A stretch of DNA of 64,000 nucleotides. Origin: Candidatus Poribacteria bacterium (GTDB lineage Bacteria > Poribacteria > WGA-4E > PCPOR2b). The translations under genes and the position numbers were made by a program. Position 1 is the stretch's first letter; every line of letters begins with the position of its first letter. Where the stretch lies: positions 4,832,001 to 4,896,000 of the forward strand of contig OZ244042.1 of assembly GCA_965215015.1 (NCBI GenBank), in the 5' to 3' direction. The notes below the pieces were generated by a model. It was not told the DNA's origin and made no database searches. It saw only the letters and a program-made list of their open reading frames with translations. Positions 20,345 to 30,866 of the stretch are shown in pieces.

Positions 20345-21355
20345 TTGATGCGAAAGCTTATTCTACTAATCTCAGTGATAGTCGTCCTAACAGCAGGCTG
20401 GATTTTCTACCTAAACCAGGAAAAAAAGAACTTTATAGAAAATCTACCTCAATCACCTGCGACTGTTAACCAACCGATTAACAATTCCTCCTACTTTGTT
20501 GAAGAGGATGGGGAGAAACAAGACATTCCTGATGCCCGCGTGCATGAGACACTTCCACAGGAACAGATCGGCCCCGCAGAAAAAACGTCTTCAGAACCGT
20601 CCACTCCAGACGAGAAAGCAGATTTTGTGAAGAGCCAATGGATTCAAATGTTTGGAGACGTTCCACAGGTTCATGGTGCCTCCGAATACATGCGAAAAAT
20701 ATACAAACAGGAACGTATGACAATTGATGAACAGATTGCTGGCTTAGAAGCGTTACATTACCTTTACCCAAACGGTGGACATGGAATACTCTTGGCAATG
20801 CGAAAGGCTCAGAAAGCACGGGGGATTGACGAGGGAGATTTTGAGATCATGTATGAGAAGGATTTTGAGAATGTAAGGTATGCGCCGGATCATAAGGTGA
20901 TTCATCTTGGGAATGTACCTGAGCATCTCCGGTCCGATGCCTCTGCGCCCGATAGCATTTCTTCAGGAAGTATTGATGAAGATATTGAAGATATAGATTT
21001 TCTGCCGGCTCGTTCTGAGAGGGCTCCTGTAATGCCGGAAGCTAAGCCCTCAGTCCCGTCTGACCATGTTCACCCCGAAGATGGGCATGGACATGAGGGC
21101 ATCACAGTCAAACCGCCTGCGCCGACAGCTGCAAAGGACGTTGAAGCGGCTGGTTGGGAGGGGTTATCGTCTGAACAACGTGCACAAGCAAAACAGTTAT
21201 TTGACGAATACGGTGCGGAGGAGGGGCTTCGTCGGTTGAGGGAGTTTGACCCTGAAGCGGCTCGACGCTTTGAGCGGCACCCCCCTCAATCCCCCCGCAA
21301 GCAGGGGGAGAATAGGGGACGTGATGTGCCTGAAGGCTCAGCCCCCTCTGATTAG
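20345..21355 (+). CDS. Hypothetical secreted or membrane-anchored protein
   Basis: N-terminal hydrophobic helix, His-rich linker, C-terminal helical FDEYGAEEGLRRL motif; followed by a terminator. Confidence 0.75.
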   Translation: MMRKLILLISVIVVLTAGWIFYLNQEKKNFIENLPQSPATVNQPINNSSYFVEEDGEKQDIPDARVHETLPQEQIGPAEKTSSEPSTPDEKADFVKSQWIQMFGDVPQVHGASEYMRKIYKQERMTIDEQIAGLEALHYLYPNGGHGILLAMRKAQKARGIDEGDFEIMYEKDFENVRYAPDHKVIHLGNVPEHLRSDASAPDSISSGSIDEDIEDIDFLPARSERAPVMPEAKPSVPSDHVHPEDGHGHEGITVKPPAPTAAKDVEAAGWEGLSSEQRAQAKQLFDEYGAEEGLRRLREFDPEAARRFERHPPQSPRKQGENRGRDVPEGSAPSD

Positions 21356-21373
21356 AGGGGGGTACGTATGATT

Positions 21374-21417
21374 AAAAAAAGGGGAGGCGGCGTTATCGTG
21401 CTGTCTCCCCTTTTTTT
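21374..21417. terminator. Bidirectional Rho-independent terminator
   Basis: A7-ggggaggcggc...gctgtctcccc-T7 between convergent genes. Confidence 0.85.
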
Positions 21418-21493
21418 GCACGACGGGGTGCCCTTGCCTTGGCCCGCCCTATAATTTCCGATAGGCTGTCTTTTTTACCGTTTCGCTAAATCC

Positions 21494-21814
21494 CTATTCC
21501 GATTTGAACATGCCAAATGCGAACGCCTCCGGCAATGTATCAAAAATGATGTTACCCGAATCATCTGTTGCGAGGTAGTTTCCCATATACTCTGACCACC
21601 GCTCCAGCGCAGGATCTTCGCGGCTCTTAAGCCAATCCGCCTCAGATGGCGCAACCGCGTGCAAGAATAGACGGTCCCCTAGGCGATAGATTGACATACT
21701 CACATTGTTGTCTTCCATACTTTTTGCAATATCGGGCCAAAGGTTATCGTGGGCGTCTTTGTATCCCTCGTAACTTCCGGGTTTTAGCTGCATAGATAAA
21801 CCGATTGAGTACAT
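21494..21814 (-). CDS. L-rhamnose mutarotase family protein
   Basis: MQLKPG..E.Y...H..LWP, SIY, W.EYM pattern of RhaM/DUF718. Confidence 0.8.
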   Translation of the reverse strand: MYSIGLSMQLKPGSYEGYKDAHDNLWPDIAKSMEDNNVSMSIYRLGDRLFLHAVAPSEADWLKSREDPALERWSEYMGNYLATDDSGNIIFDTLPEAFAFGMFKSE

Positions 21815-21847
21815 TTTGGTTCTCCTTTTTGTAAATTAAAGTGACTG

Positions 21848-22687
21848 TCAGTTAGCCAGCGACCGGACAAAGTCTCGAAACAGAATCGTCTCTGACAGAT
21901 TGTCACACGCGTTGCAGTTCTCCCATTCCGTCCAGACATACTCAATTCCGAACCAGCCGCCATATCCATTTGCCTGTGCGACTTCCAAAATCCGTTTGAA
22001 ATTGATTGTATTATTGGCAAAGGTCTCTTGAAGTCGCTCATTGCGAGCACCTCTGACGTGGAAGTGGCTTGCGTATTTGACCAATGGCTCCACAACCCAG
22101 TCCGGCAAGCCGATCCTTGTGAAGTGGGCGTAGTCTAAGGTCAGTGTCAAGTCGGGGACATACTGCACCAGCTTAGCCGCCGGTTCCGGTTGCGGGACAA
22201 TGGAACCGATGTGAGCTTCAACACCGTAGACGATGCCGTACGTCTTGGCTTGATCGACGCGCCAGCTCAGTTCGTCAACCGCACGGGCGAAGGAGTCATC
22301 GTATGACTCTACCTCGAAGTGGGCGCCCGGTAATCCAGTCACATGCTTACACTCACATTCAGCGGCGTAGTCAAGGGTTTTGATGAACCAGTCGCGAGCT
22401 TTCTCCCGATGCGATGTTTCAGGATGATTAACCGCGTAGGGCTTGAAATCTAGCCCGACTTGAAGAAATATATCGGCAGCCTCAAGCCCCCAAGCGTCCA
22501 ATTTCTGTTTTAATCGTCGCGCAGATTGGGGGACGTTCTCGAACTCGCGGGAGGGCCAAAGATGGGAACGATCCTCAAAGAGACCGATATCCACACCTTT
22601 GAAATCCAGCATGGCGATAAGTTGAAGTACATTCTCATGAGGTAACAGCGGAAAAGTAAAGTCGGCACAAGCAAGTTTAGGTGTCAT
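21848..22687 (-). CDS. Sugar phosphate isomerase/epimerase
   Basis: VEAHIGS, LDYAH, HFHVR, GIEY; ATGA overlap with the upstream SDR stop fixes the start. Confidence 0.8.
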   Translation of the reverse strand: MTPKLACADFTFPLLPHENVLQLIAMLDFKGVDIGLFEDRSHLWPSREFENVPQSARRLKQKLDAWGLEAADIFLQVGLDFKPYAVNHPETSHREKARDWFIKTLDYAAECECKHVTGLPGAHFEVESYDDSFARAVDELSWRVDQAKTYGIVYGVEAHIGSIVPQPEPAAKLVQYVPDLTLTLDYAHFTRIGLPDWVVEPLVKYASHFHVRGARNERLQETFANNTINFKRILEVAQANGYGGWFGIEYVWTEWENCNACDNLSETILFRDFVRSLAN

Positions 22688-23499
22688 GACGGCTCCATAA
22701 ATTTCGTTTGTCCTGTGGTTTCCCACTCAGCGGGCGTGATATATGCTCCATCTACCACCAACGATGTGCCGGTGACACCGGCGGAGTCCTCGCAGGAGAG
22801 GTAGCGTACCGCCCTGGCGATGTCCATCGGTGTGATGGCGACACCTGTGGGTACACGGCTGAGGCGATTCGCAAGCGTGGCTTCTGGATCGGGTGTAGTG
22901 CTGAGGTGGTAACGCAACATCGGGGTATCCGTAATTCCGGGGCAGATGCAGTTGCAACGCAGCCCATCGGCGGCATAGTCAACGGCAATCGATCGGCTCA
23001 ACCCGAGCACCGCGTGCTTAGAAGTGATGTAAGCCGGCGTTTGGGCTTGTCCGATGAAGCTGCCCACCGAACCGATGTTCACCATGTAGCTGCGTTGATT
23101 CTGAGTCAGGTGGGGATAGCCATGTTTGATGGAGAAGAAGATTGATTTGACATTAACACCCATCAGTTGGTCCCACGCTTGCTCCGAATATTCATGCAGT
23201 GAGACAACGTGGACAACCCCGGCGCAATTCACGATAATCTGCAAGCCACCGAAGTGTGCAACTGTTTTCTCGATCGATTGACGCACCTCATCCTCTCGGG
23301 CAACGTCGCATTCGTGGAAGATGGCTTCACCACCGTTAGCGGTGATACCTTCGACAACTTTCTGACCGCGCTCCGCTTGTATGTCCACGACAGCAATCTT
23401 CGCTCCCTCCGCTGCGAAGAGTTGGGCGGTGGCTTCACCCATGCCCGAAGCACCACCGCTGATCCAAGCAATTTGTCCTTCCAATCGTTTCGGGTTCAT
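22684..23499 (-). CDS. SDR family oxidoreductase
   Basis: SGGASGMG, NCAG, YITSK, CPG.TDT. Confidence 0.92.
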   Translation of the reverse strand: MNPKRLEGQIAWISGGASGMGEATAQLFAAEGAKIAVVDIQAERGQKVVEGITANGGEAIFHECDVAREDEVRQSIEKTVAHFGGLQIIVNCAGVVHVVSLHEYSEQAWDQLMGVNVKSIFFSIKHGYPHLTQNQRSYMVNIGSVGSFIGQAQTPAYITSKHAVLGLSRSIAVDYAADGLRCNCICPGITDTPMLRYHLSTTPDPEATLANRLSRVPTGVAITPMDIARAVRYLSCEDSAGVTGTSLVVDGAYITPAEWETTGQTKFMEPS

Positions 23500-23552
23500 A
23501 AGGTCTCCCCTGTTTGTGAATCTTCTACCGTTTTGAGGCGGTTCGCTTCAGA

Positions 23553-24311
23553 TTATCCGCGTCCAACGTAGGGCATCTTCGTCGCCATGATGGTCATGAA
23601 CAGCACATTTGCGTCCAACGGGAGGCTCGCCATCTGCACCACAGCATGTGCCACATCATCCACAGCCATTCTTGGTTCAACCGCGACGGCTCCATTTGGT
23701 TGTGGAACACCCACTTCCATTCTGTCCGTTCTCTCGGTTGCTGCATTACCGATGTCGATTTGGCCACACGCGATATCGTACTTACGTCCATCAAGCGATG
23801 TTGCCTTGGTGAGTCCCGTCAACCCATGCTTGGTGGCGGTATAGGGGGCGGAGTTGACGCGCGGCGCGTACGCTGATATAGAACCGTTATTGATGATACG
23901 TCCCCCTCTGGGTTCTTGGTCTTTCATAATCTTGAACGCTTCCTGTGTACAGAGGAATGCGCCTGTCAGGTTGGTATCTGCAACCATCGTCCACTGCTCG
24001 TAGGTCAAGTCCTCCAGCAGCACAGGCGGTGCGCCCGTACCCGCATTATTAAACAGTAGGTCAAGTCTGCCAAAGGTCCCCTTCGTTCGGGCAAACAGGT
24101 TTTGGATCGAGGCGTGATTTGTCACATCTGTCGGTACAACGAGCACTCGTGAACTATCTGTTCCCGTCTCCTTGGCAGTTGTCTCTAACGCCTCTACACG
24201 ACGCCCAGCCAAGACAACGGAATAGCCCTCCTGCGACAGAGCGATCGACGTTTGCCTACCAATGCCAGAACCTGCTCCTGTTACGATAGCAACCTTTGTA
24301 ATTGCACTCAT
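23553..24311 (-). CDS. SDR family oxidoreductase
   Basis: [17 protein letters not shown]. Confidence 0.92.
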   Translation of the reverse strand: MSAITKVAIVTGAGSGIGRQTSIALSQEGYSVVLAGRRVEALETTAKETGTDSSRVLVVPTDVTNHASIQNLFARTKGTFGRLDLLFNNAGTGAPPVLLEDLTYEQWTMVADTNLTGAFLCTQEAFKIMKDQEPRGGRIINNGSISAYAPRVNSAPYTATKHGLTGLTKATSLDGRKYDIACGQIDIGNAATERTDRMEVGVPQPNGAVAVEPRMAVDDVAHAVVQMASLPLDANVLFMTIMATKMPYVGRG

Positions 24312-24700
24312 CTATAATATCTCCTCACGATACATCTATAATAAAGGCTCATGTCAAAAGAAAGTGCAAAGCATGAAGTCAGGGGCCCCTTTCATCCCCC
24401 GCAAGCAGGGGAGGATTTACCCCCTGATAAATTGGGAGGCGCGCCCCTGCGGCTGCTGTTGCACTAATTCCTTACATGCCCGATAATAAAAAGAACGAAG
24501 CGGAGAATTTACCCCACCATTTTTTCACCTATAACGCTGTTGAATAGATCCCCAAAACCTGATACAATAAACACACTTTACCGAATCAGCCTTTATGTAT
24601 TAACGCTTTAGCTTTGGGAATATGTCAATATACCATTGCCAATGAAAAAACGTCAAGTGCAAAAATGGTAGATAAACTCGCACTATAGGAGCACTGTGCT

Positions 24701-25651
24701 ATGAAGTATTTTTCGGTGGAAAGTTCAGACATATCCCTTCCGAACGACTGGATGGATGATCCTGTTCGGCTTTTGAAGGTTAATTGGAAGGGCAAGCCTG
24801 TCACCGGCTTCAACCAATCTTCTCGCCGTTGTTACGTCTATCCAGTGATAACGCCATCGGGGGTTACTGTTACCAACGAAAGACCCACCAGCGACCACGC
24901 GTTTCACCAGTCGGTCACCGTCGGGAACGACTACTTCTTTACCTACCAAACATCCGCCTCCGGACGTTTTGAAGATTCCGGTATGTGCTTCTACACCAAC
25001 TCGCCCGATATGCGCGGGAGAGGAGAAGGGCGTATCGTGACGATGACGCACAACGAATGCACCGAGTTGAACGAGGAGCATCTGGAGTTCATCGTGAGGA
25101 TGCAATGGCAGGGCCCTGAACAGGGGTACGCGCCGAAGTATCGCCGCGTTGTTGCCGAGGAGATGCGTACCGTCAGCGTCTTTCCGGGCGAGATTGCCAA
25201 TGTCCTCGACGTGCGGTCACAGCTCCGGCCGACGGAGTGGGATATCCGTTTGGGACCGTCACGACACGGATATTTCACAATCCGGCTGGCTGATCACCTA
25301 AGAGTTGTAGACCCCAATGGGGTGAAACAGGGGGGCAGCATTGTAGATTCCGAAGGCAGACGGGACGACGAGGTCGGTTGGCAGTACGCGGATTGGATTG
25401 ACTACTACGGAACGGACGCCCAAGGGCGTACCGCTGGGGTTGCGGTTTTCCAGTTTCCCTCAATGGGGAACGTAGCATGGTATGCGGGGAGCTATGGAAC
25501 CATTCGGGTCAACCCGTTTCGCAAGGGAGCCACTTATGTGTCGCGCGGAGAAGAGATAGATTTAGCCATTCGGGTGGTCGCCCACGATGGGGCCCCCTAC
25601 GACGCGGGCGTTCCAGATCTGTACGAATCCTTCAAACAGGAAACCGGATAA
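24701..25651 (+). CDS. DUF6807 (PmoA-annotated) beta-rich protein
   Basis: YVYPV.TPSG..VT...P.DH..H motif, W.DY.G, G...NPF. Confidence 0.65.
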   Translation: MKYFSVESSDISLPNDWMDDPVRLLKVNWKGKPVTGFNQSSRRCYVYPVITPSGVTVTNERPTSDHAFHQSVTVGNDYFFTYQTSASGRFEDSGMCFYTNSPDMRGRGEGRIVTMTHNECTELNEEHLEFIVRMQWQGPEQGYAPKYRRVVAEEMRTVSVFPGEIANVLDVRSQLRPTEWDIRLGPSRHGYFTIRLADHLRVVDPNGVKQGGSIVDSEGRRDDEVGWQYADWIDYYGTDAQGRTAGVAVFQFPSMGNVAWYAGSYGTIRVNPFRKGATYVSRGEEIDLAIRVVAHDGAPYDAGVPDLYESFKQETG

Positions 25652-25673
25652 TTTCAGAAAAGGAGATTGAGCC

Positions 25674-26534
25674 ATGTCGGATGTATCTGTTTCAGTCGGG
25701 GCCCCGCGTATAGACGACCGCGATTGGAGCCAACTCACGCTCGGCCAACGCATTCAGCAGCTTGAGGTCGAAGGCTACGTAGTTATCCCAGATTTACTTG
25801 ATGCTGACCATATTGCGCGTCTTAAAAAACAGACATCACAGTTTGAAACAACCCACGTAGACTACAGTGTCCATCAACGCGGACGGTCAAGTATCCAGTT
25901 CTCCGGTGGTACAATCTCCGAACTAATCGCGTATCCACCGATGATCGAATTTCTCAAGGAGTTGTGCGGTGACCACATTGTTTTGATGTCCTACGACTAC
26001 TCTCGATCTGAACCGGGACACCCCGGCATCAGTCTGCACTGTGACGGTCAACCGTGGGGGTCACGAATTTTCAGCGCGGAATATACCTGTCCGAAAATCA
26101 TCCGCGTCCTCTACTACCTAGACGCCCTGATCCCCGAAGTTTCGCCTTTCCGCGTGGTGCCGCGATCTCATCTAAGTTTCCACAACGAGGCAAACCCGTA
26201 CCTGCGCTATGCGGAACACCCCGAAGAGATGATGGTGACATGCAAGGCTGGTGCTGCAGTACTGTTCAACAACTATGTCTTTCACGGCAACTATCCAAAC
26301 ATCGGAACGTATTCAAGAGAGGCACTGCAGCTCTCGTACCGACCTACTTGGGCAGGACCCGCCGGAGAGGTGGAGCCTTGGGACCGGGGCGAAGTTGCCA
26401 AACTCCCCCCAACCGTGCGTGAGTTGATGGGCGATCGCAACGCTCGCATTTGGGTATACGAGGGCGGCAACAAACCGCCCAATATGCCCCACCAAGCCCC
26501 CGGCATGAACCCAAGTCGGTGGGAACGCGAGTAG
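25674..26534 (+). CDS. Phytanoyl-CoA dioxygenase (PhyH) family protein
   Basis: EGYVVIPDLL, LHCD (HxD), VVPRSH, FHG...N..R. Confidence 0.88.
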   Translation: MSDVSVSVGAPRIDDRDWSQLTLGQRIQQLEVEGYVVIPDLLDADHIARLKKQTSQFETTHVDYSVHQRGRSSIQFSGGTISELIAYPPMIEFLKELCGDHIVLMSYDYSRSEPGHPGISLHCDGQPWGSRIFSAEYTCPKIIRVLYYLDALIPEVSPFRVVPRSHLSFHNEANPYLRYAEHPEEMMVTCKAGAAVLFNNYVFHGNYPNIGTYSREALQLSYRPTWAGPAGEVEPWDRGEVAKLPPTVRELMGDRNARIWVYEGGNKPPNMPHQAPGMNPSRWERE

Positions 26535-26550
26535 TACAGTGCACAGGCAC

Positions 26551-27270
26551 TCAACCTGCCATAATCAGGGAGCTGACCCACTCCTGATGCGGATTCAAAA
26601 TTTTGTAAGGTGTGCCGGCAGGAATGTGAATCATATCGCCTTCGGTTATTTCCTGCTCTTCGCCATCGGTCTGAAGCACACCCCGATTCTCTAGCACATA
26701 GTAGACCTGCTCGATATCCGTGCGACACCGTTCAATTGATTCATTACCGGGTTGCACTGACTCGCGGGCGATGAACTGCATCCCTCTCAGACAACTACTC
26801 TCACTGCTGCCTTCGGGTTCCAGTTGATACCATCGTACCGCACCGGCACCGTCGCCCTGTGGTGCTACCTGGGTCCAATTGCGGACGATAAATTTACCGC
26901 CGTTGTCCGCCACAGCCATACTGATAACATGATGCTCCAGCCAATCCTCGTTCATGGTATTGAACATCTGATGATGGATGCCGGAGGGCAAGTAAATCGC
27001 ATCACCATCCTCTACAGGATAACGCTCATCCTCAAACAGCACTTCTCCCTTTCCACTGAGAATATAGTAAACCTGCTCCAAACTCTCATGTTTGTGATAA
27101 TCGGAGGTCTTACGTCCTTGGAGCGCGTGTCGTGCAAAGCCCCCCAACCGATTCAGACGATTGCGGTCATCGCCACTGCCCTCGTCTAGGGAGCGTAGAC
27201 CTCCCCAGTGGACCGCACTTAAATGGGCGATGTTAGGCTGGACATCGCGCCAGTTTTTTATGTAAGCCAT
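26551..27270 (-). CDS. Bicupin protein
   Basis: Two cupin motifs (HKHE..EQVYYILSG.G...GD.IYLP.G..H and EQVYYVLE...GDMIHIPAG). Start MAYIK behind ggagg. Confidence 0.8.
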   Translation of the reverse strand: MAYIKNWRDVQPNIAHLSAVHWGGLRSLDEGSGDDRNRLNRLGGFARHALQGRKTSDYHKHESLEQVYYILSGKGEVLFEDERYPVEDGDAIYLPSGIHHQMFNTMNEDWLEHHVISMAVADNGGKFIVRNWTQVAPQGDGAGAVRWYQLEPEGSSESSCLRGMQFIARESVQPGNESIERCRTDIEQVYYVLENRGVLQTDGEEQEITEGDMIHIPAGTPYKILNPHQEWVSSLIMAG

Positions 27271-27414
27271 TTTTCCTCCTAGTGAGTCATTCACAGCTTG
27301 TAGTAGGGCAGTTCGTTACCCACTTTTTACCGAAATGGAAAACTATACAACTTGGCGTGCTTAGGGAAAATCCTTAATTTCACAGCTTTCCTTTGCAGAT
27401 GGTTGAGACCGGTA

Positions 27415-28185
27415 TTATTCCTCCACAAACGCTTTAAATAGCCCTACATACAACGCAAGCACCTTTTCCGGATCTGGACCCCGATACGCACATTCGTTGG
27501 AAATATAACCATCAAATCCGATGCGTTGAAGCCACTGAAACATCTGACGATAGAGTTCAAAGGTCTCCGAATCTTCGGCAGAGTGGGTATGCACAGCCGT
27601 GATGTGCGGCGCAACCCGTGAAAAGAGTGGCTCGATACTTCCCGCTTCACATCCAACGAACTGTGAGTTGAATACGAAGCCGACGTTAGGCAAATTGACG
27701 CCTTCAATGACCGCCATCGCAGGAACAGGATCTATGAAAGATCCGTGCATCTCGATGGATACGGTAATCCCCTTCGGATGAGCATATTCCCCAAGTTCCT
27801 TCAGTGCATCGGTGACATACCCGATAACGGCATCGCGGGTATTGTCGTTGAATCGGTCGCCGAGGACACGGACGTGATCGCAACCCATGAAGTCCGTCAT
27901 CTCAATGACCCGCTTGACACGGCGCACACTTTCAGCGCGATCTTCGGCGTCCGGTGAATGGAAATTTTGGCAACTTGTCAACGATGAAATCACCACACCA
28001 CTGGCATCAACCCGATCTTTGAGTTGATCCCACTGTACTTCAGGTGTGTCCCACTCGAAGCCATGCTCCTGCTTATAATCCATCAATAACTCGACACCAT
28101 GATACCCTGTGTCTTCAGCGATCTGGAGAATTTTGCTCAGTTCCCAATCTTGACAGGTTTGATATGTGTTCAGCGACCATTTCAT
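27415..28185 (-). CDS. Sugar phosphate isomerase/epimerase
   Basis: GYHGVEL, SIEMHG, VHTH, GYISNE. Confidence 0.8.
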   Translation of the reverse strand: MKWSLNTYQTCQDWELSKILQIAEDTGYHGVELLMDYKQEHGFEWDTPEVQWDQLKDRVDASGVVISSLTSCQNFHSPDAEDRAESVRRVKRVIEMTDFMGCDHVRVLGDRFNDNTRDAVIGYVTDALKELGEYAHPKGITVSIEMHGSFIDPVPAMAVIEGVNLPNVGFVFNSQFVGCEAGSIEPLFSRVAPHITAVHTHSAEDSETFELYRQMFQWLQRIGFDGYISNECAYRGPDPEKVLALYVGLFKAFVEE

Positions 28186-28269
28186 AATAATTCCTCCGAA
28201 TTTGAATTTGCAGCAGAGTGTAACATATGCACCGCATCAGGTCAACTCTAGAACGTGAAACTAAAGCCG

Positions 28270-29277
28270 CTATCCTTCTACACTCCTCAACTCTTCGACA
28301 AACCGTCCCATATCAGCCGGCATTGGGGCTAAAAAGGTCAGTCGCTCGTCCGTCTCCGGATGGGTGAATCCAAGTGTATGAGCGTGCAGAGCTTGGCGAT
28401 TGAGTGCCACCAGGGCTTCTTTGATAACAGGGGAAGGGGCATCGCGGGCAGCGCGAGCGTAGCCGCCCCCATAGACATGATCGCCGGCAACGGGATGTCC
28501 GATATGGCTGAGATGGACGCGGATCTGGTGGATACGTCCCGTTTCCAATGTCAGTTTAAGGAGGGAAAATCGGTCATACCGTTCGAGAAGGTAATATTGA
28601 GTAACTGCATGACGCCCACCTGTCCCTGTTACGGTCATTTTTCGCCCATCTCTTGAGCTTCGGATGATTCGGGCATTGACAGTTCCTGTTTCGTTAGGGA
28701 GGACGCCGCAAACAACAGCGTAGTAGTGGCGTGCGGTGGTATGTGCTTCAAACTGAGCCGAAAGGTGCCGATGGGCGTGATCCGTCTTAGCGGCGACAAT
28801 CACGCCGGAGGTATCTTTGTCGAGACGATGCACGATGCCGGGGCGTTGAACGCCGCCAATACCGGGGAGGGCCTCACAGTGGTGGAGCAGCGCATTGACA
28901 AGCGTACCGGATTGGGCTTCGCCGGCGGGGTGAACGGTCATACCAGCTGGCTTATTCACGACAATCAGAGCGGAATCTTCATACAAAATATCGAGCGGAA
29001 TGGGTTCAGGGACAATTGTCTGAAGGGGGCGCGGGGCGGGAAGTATGAGAGAAACCTGACTGCCGGTTCGGAGCTTGTAGCCGGGCTTGGACGGTTTGCC
29101 GTTTACGGTTATGGCACCCTCTCGAATCAGTTTTTGAATATATGTTCGGGACAGGGGAAAAGGGAACGACACATCTGCCTCTGTCTCCACCCGCTCTGAA
29201 AGTTGTGTCTCGATAAAGCGGTCAAGTCGAATACCTTGCCCATCCTGAGTAATGTGGAAGATTTGAGATTTTGACAT
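28270..29277 (-). CDS. rluD: RluA-family pseudouridine synthase with S4 domain (RluD-like)
   Basis: RLDRF S4 start, NKPAGM.VHP, HRLDKDTSG, GRIHQIRVH, QALHA. Start placed at MSKSQ. Confidence 0.88.
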   Translation of the reverse strand: MSKSQIFHITQDGQGIRLDRFIETQLSERVETEADVSFPFPLSRTYIQKLIREGAITVNGKPSKPGYKLRTGSQVSLILPAPRPLQTIVPEPIPLDILYEDSALIVVNKPAGMTVHPAGEAQSGTLVNALLHHCEALPGIGGVQRPGIVHRLDKDTSGVIVAAKTDHAHRHLSAQFEAHTTARHYYAVVCGVLPNETGTVNARIIRSSRDGRKMTVTGTGGRHAVTQYYLLERYDRFSLLKLTLETGRIHQIRVHLSHIGHPVAGDHVYGGGYARAARDAPSPVIKEALVALNRQALHAHTLGFTHPETDERLTFLAPMPADMGRFVEELRSVEG

Positions 29278-29462
29278 GAGAGGGATATGTTTGTCCAAGA
29301 CTACCCGAAGGTTCCAGTTAAATCGAAAATCATCGGGAACGCGTGAAACGTGATAGACGAAATTCGTCACACTATTTTTTCAAAAAAAACTCGGGAACCG
29401 TTGCGCGATTTCTTAACAGGAGCGTTTCACGAATATAGTAATAGAACATGCTATCGGACTAT

Positions 29463-30845
29463 CTACATAATATGAATGGCACGGTCATAGGCTGCTTCGG
29501 CGGATTCCTTAACGGTTTCAGCAAGGGTTGGATGGGCGTGGATTGTGTGCGCCAGATCTGCAACCGACGCCTCCAGACGGATAGCAACTGCGGCTTCATG
29601 GATCAGGTCTGAAGCGTGTGCCCCAAGGATATGGACGCCGAGAATATCGCCAAATTCCTCATCTGAGATAACCTTGACGAACCCATCTGACTCACGCATC
29701 CCTAGAGCCTTACCGCTGGCTGCATAAGGGAATCGACCAACCTTGACTGTGTAACCCTCTTCCCGGGCTTGCTCCTCTGTCATGCCACATCTGGCGATTT
29801 CGGGAATCGTGAAAACACACCACGGTATTGTGCCGTAATCCATCTCCGATTCTCTGCCCATGCAGTTTTGTGCAGCGATAATCCCCTCCGCCGATGCGAC
29901 ATGGGCCAATAGATACCGGCTCGCTACATCGCCGACCGCGTAGATGCCCGGCACATTGGTTTCCATCCGTTCATCGACCACAATCTTGCCCCTATCTGTA
30001 CGGACGCCAACGGTTTCTAGTCCAATGCCTTCGGAGTTGAAACTTCTGCCAATGGAAATCAACATTTTTTCTGCGTTGAAACTTTCGCCGGATTCCAGCG
30101 TCGCAGCCACACCAGATTCTGCTTTGTCTACACTCGCCACGTTGGCGTTTGTCTTGATTTCGATTCCTTTCCTTCTCATTAAAAGGCGAAGTTGTCGGAC
30201 AATCTGCGTATCCTCCGTAGCGAGAATTGTCGGCAACAGTTCAAGGATGGTAACATCGCAGCCCAATCCGTTGAAAATCGAAGCAAATTCACAACCGGCG
30301 ACACCACCGCCAACAATGATGAGACTCTTGGGAAGTTCCGTTAATTCGAGAATTCCTGTCGTCGTCAGCACCTGTTGTTCATCAATATCAAATAGGGGAA
30401 TATTCGCAGGCTCAGAACCGGTAGCGATAATAATCTGGTTCGCGTCAATCTGCTCTTGTGTGCCATCCCCTTTCGTCGTTTCTATCCTATTCCTCCCGAT
30501 GAGGACACCGGTTCCGTTAATTGTGTCAACCCCATTCCTTTTGAGTAGCTGTGCAATCCCACTGGTGAGTTTCTGGACGGTGGTATCCTTATGTCCTAGC
30601 ACCTGCGAATAATCGATCTCCGCACCACTAATCTTGACCCCGAATCCCTCTGCTTCCCGAACCTGCGTGACGAAGTGGGCCACCGAAAACAGTGTTTTGG
30701 TCGGAATACACCCTCGATTTAGACATGTGCCCCCCCATGCCCCTTTTTCGATTAAGCAAATTTTGCCCCCCAGCTGGGCAGCCTTAATCGCCGCGACATA
30801 GCCGCCCGGGCCGCCCCCAATAATACCAACATCGTAAGTAGACAT
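29463..30845 (-). CDS. lpdA: Dihydrolipoyl dehydrogenase
   Basis: GGGPGGYVAA, GGTCLNRGCIP, HAHPTLAE. Confidence 0.95.
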   Translation of the reverse strand: MSTYDVGIIGGGPGGYVAAIKAAQLGGKICLIEKGAWGGTCLNRGCIPTKTLFSVAHFVTQVREAEGFGVKISGAEIDYSQVLGHKDTTVQKLTSGIAQLLKRNGVDTINGTGVLIGRNRIETTKGDGTQEQIDANQIIIATGSEPANIPLFDIDEQQVLTTTGILELTELPKSLIIVGGGVAGCEFASIFNGLGCDVTILELLPTILATEDTQIVRQLRLLMRRKGIEIKTNANVASVDKAESGVAATLESGESFNAEKMLISIGRSFNSEGIGLETVGVRTDRGKIVVDERMETNVPGIYAVGDVASRYLLAHVASAEGIIAAQNCMGRESEMDYGTIPWCVFTIPEIARCGMTEEQAREEGYTVKVGRFPYAASGKALGMRESDGFVKVISDEEFGDILGVHILGAHASDLIHEAAVAIRLEASVADLAHTIHAHPTLAETVKESAEAAYDRAIHIM

Positions 30846-30866
30846 TGACCCCTCCCATGTAAGTTT

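Noticed and set aside
24701-25651. Particulate methane monooxygenase subunit
   Set aside because: Soluble beta-rich sequence with no TM helices and no pmoB/C neighbours; the PmoA label on this family is not evidence of methanotrophy.
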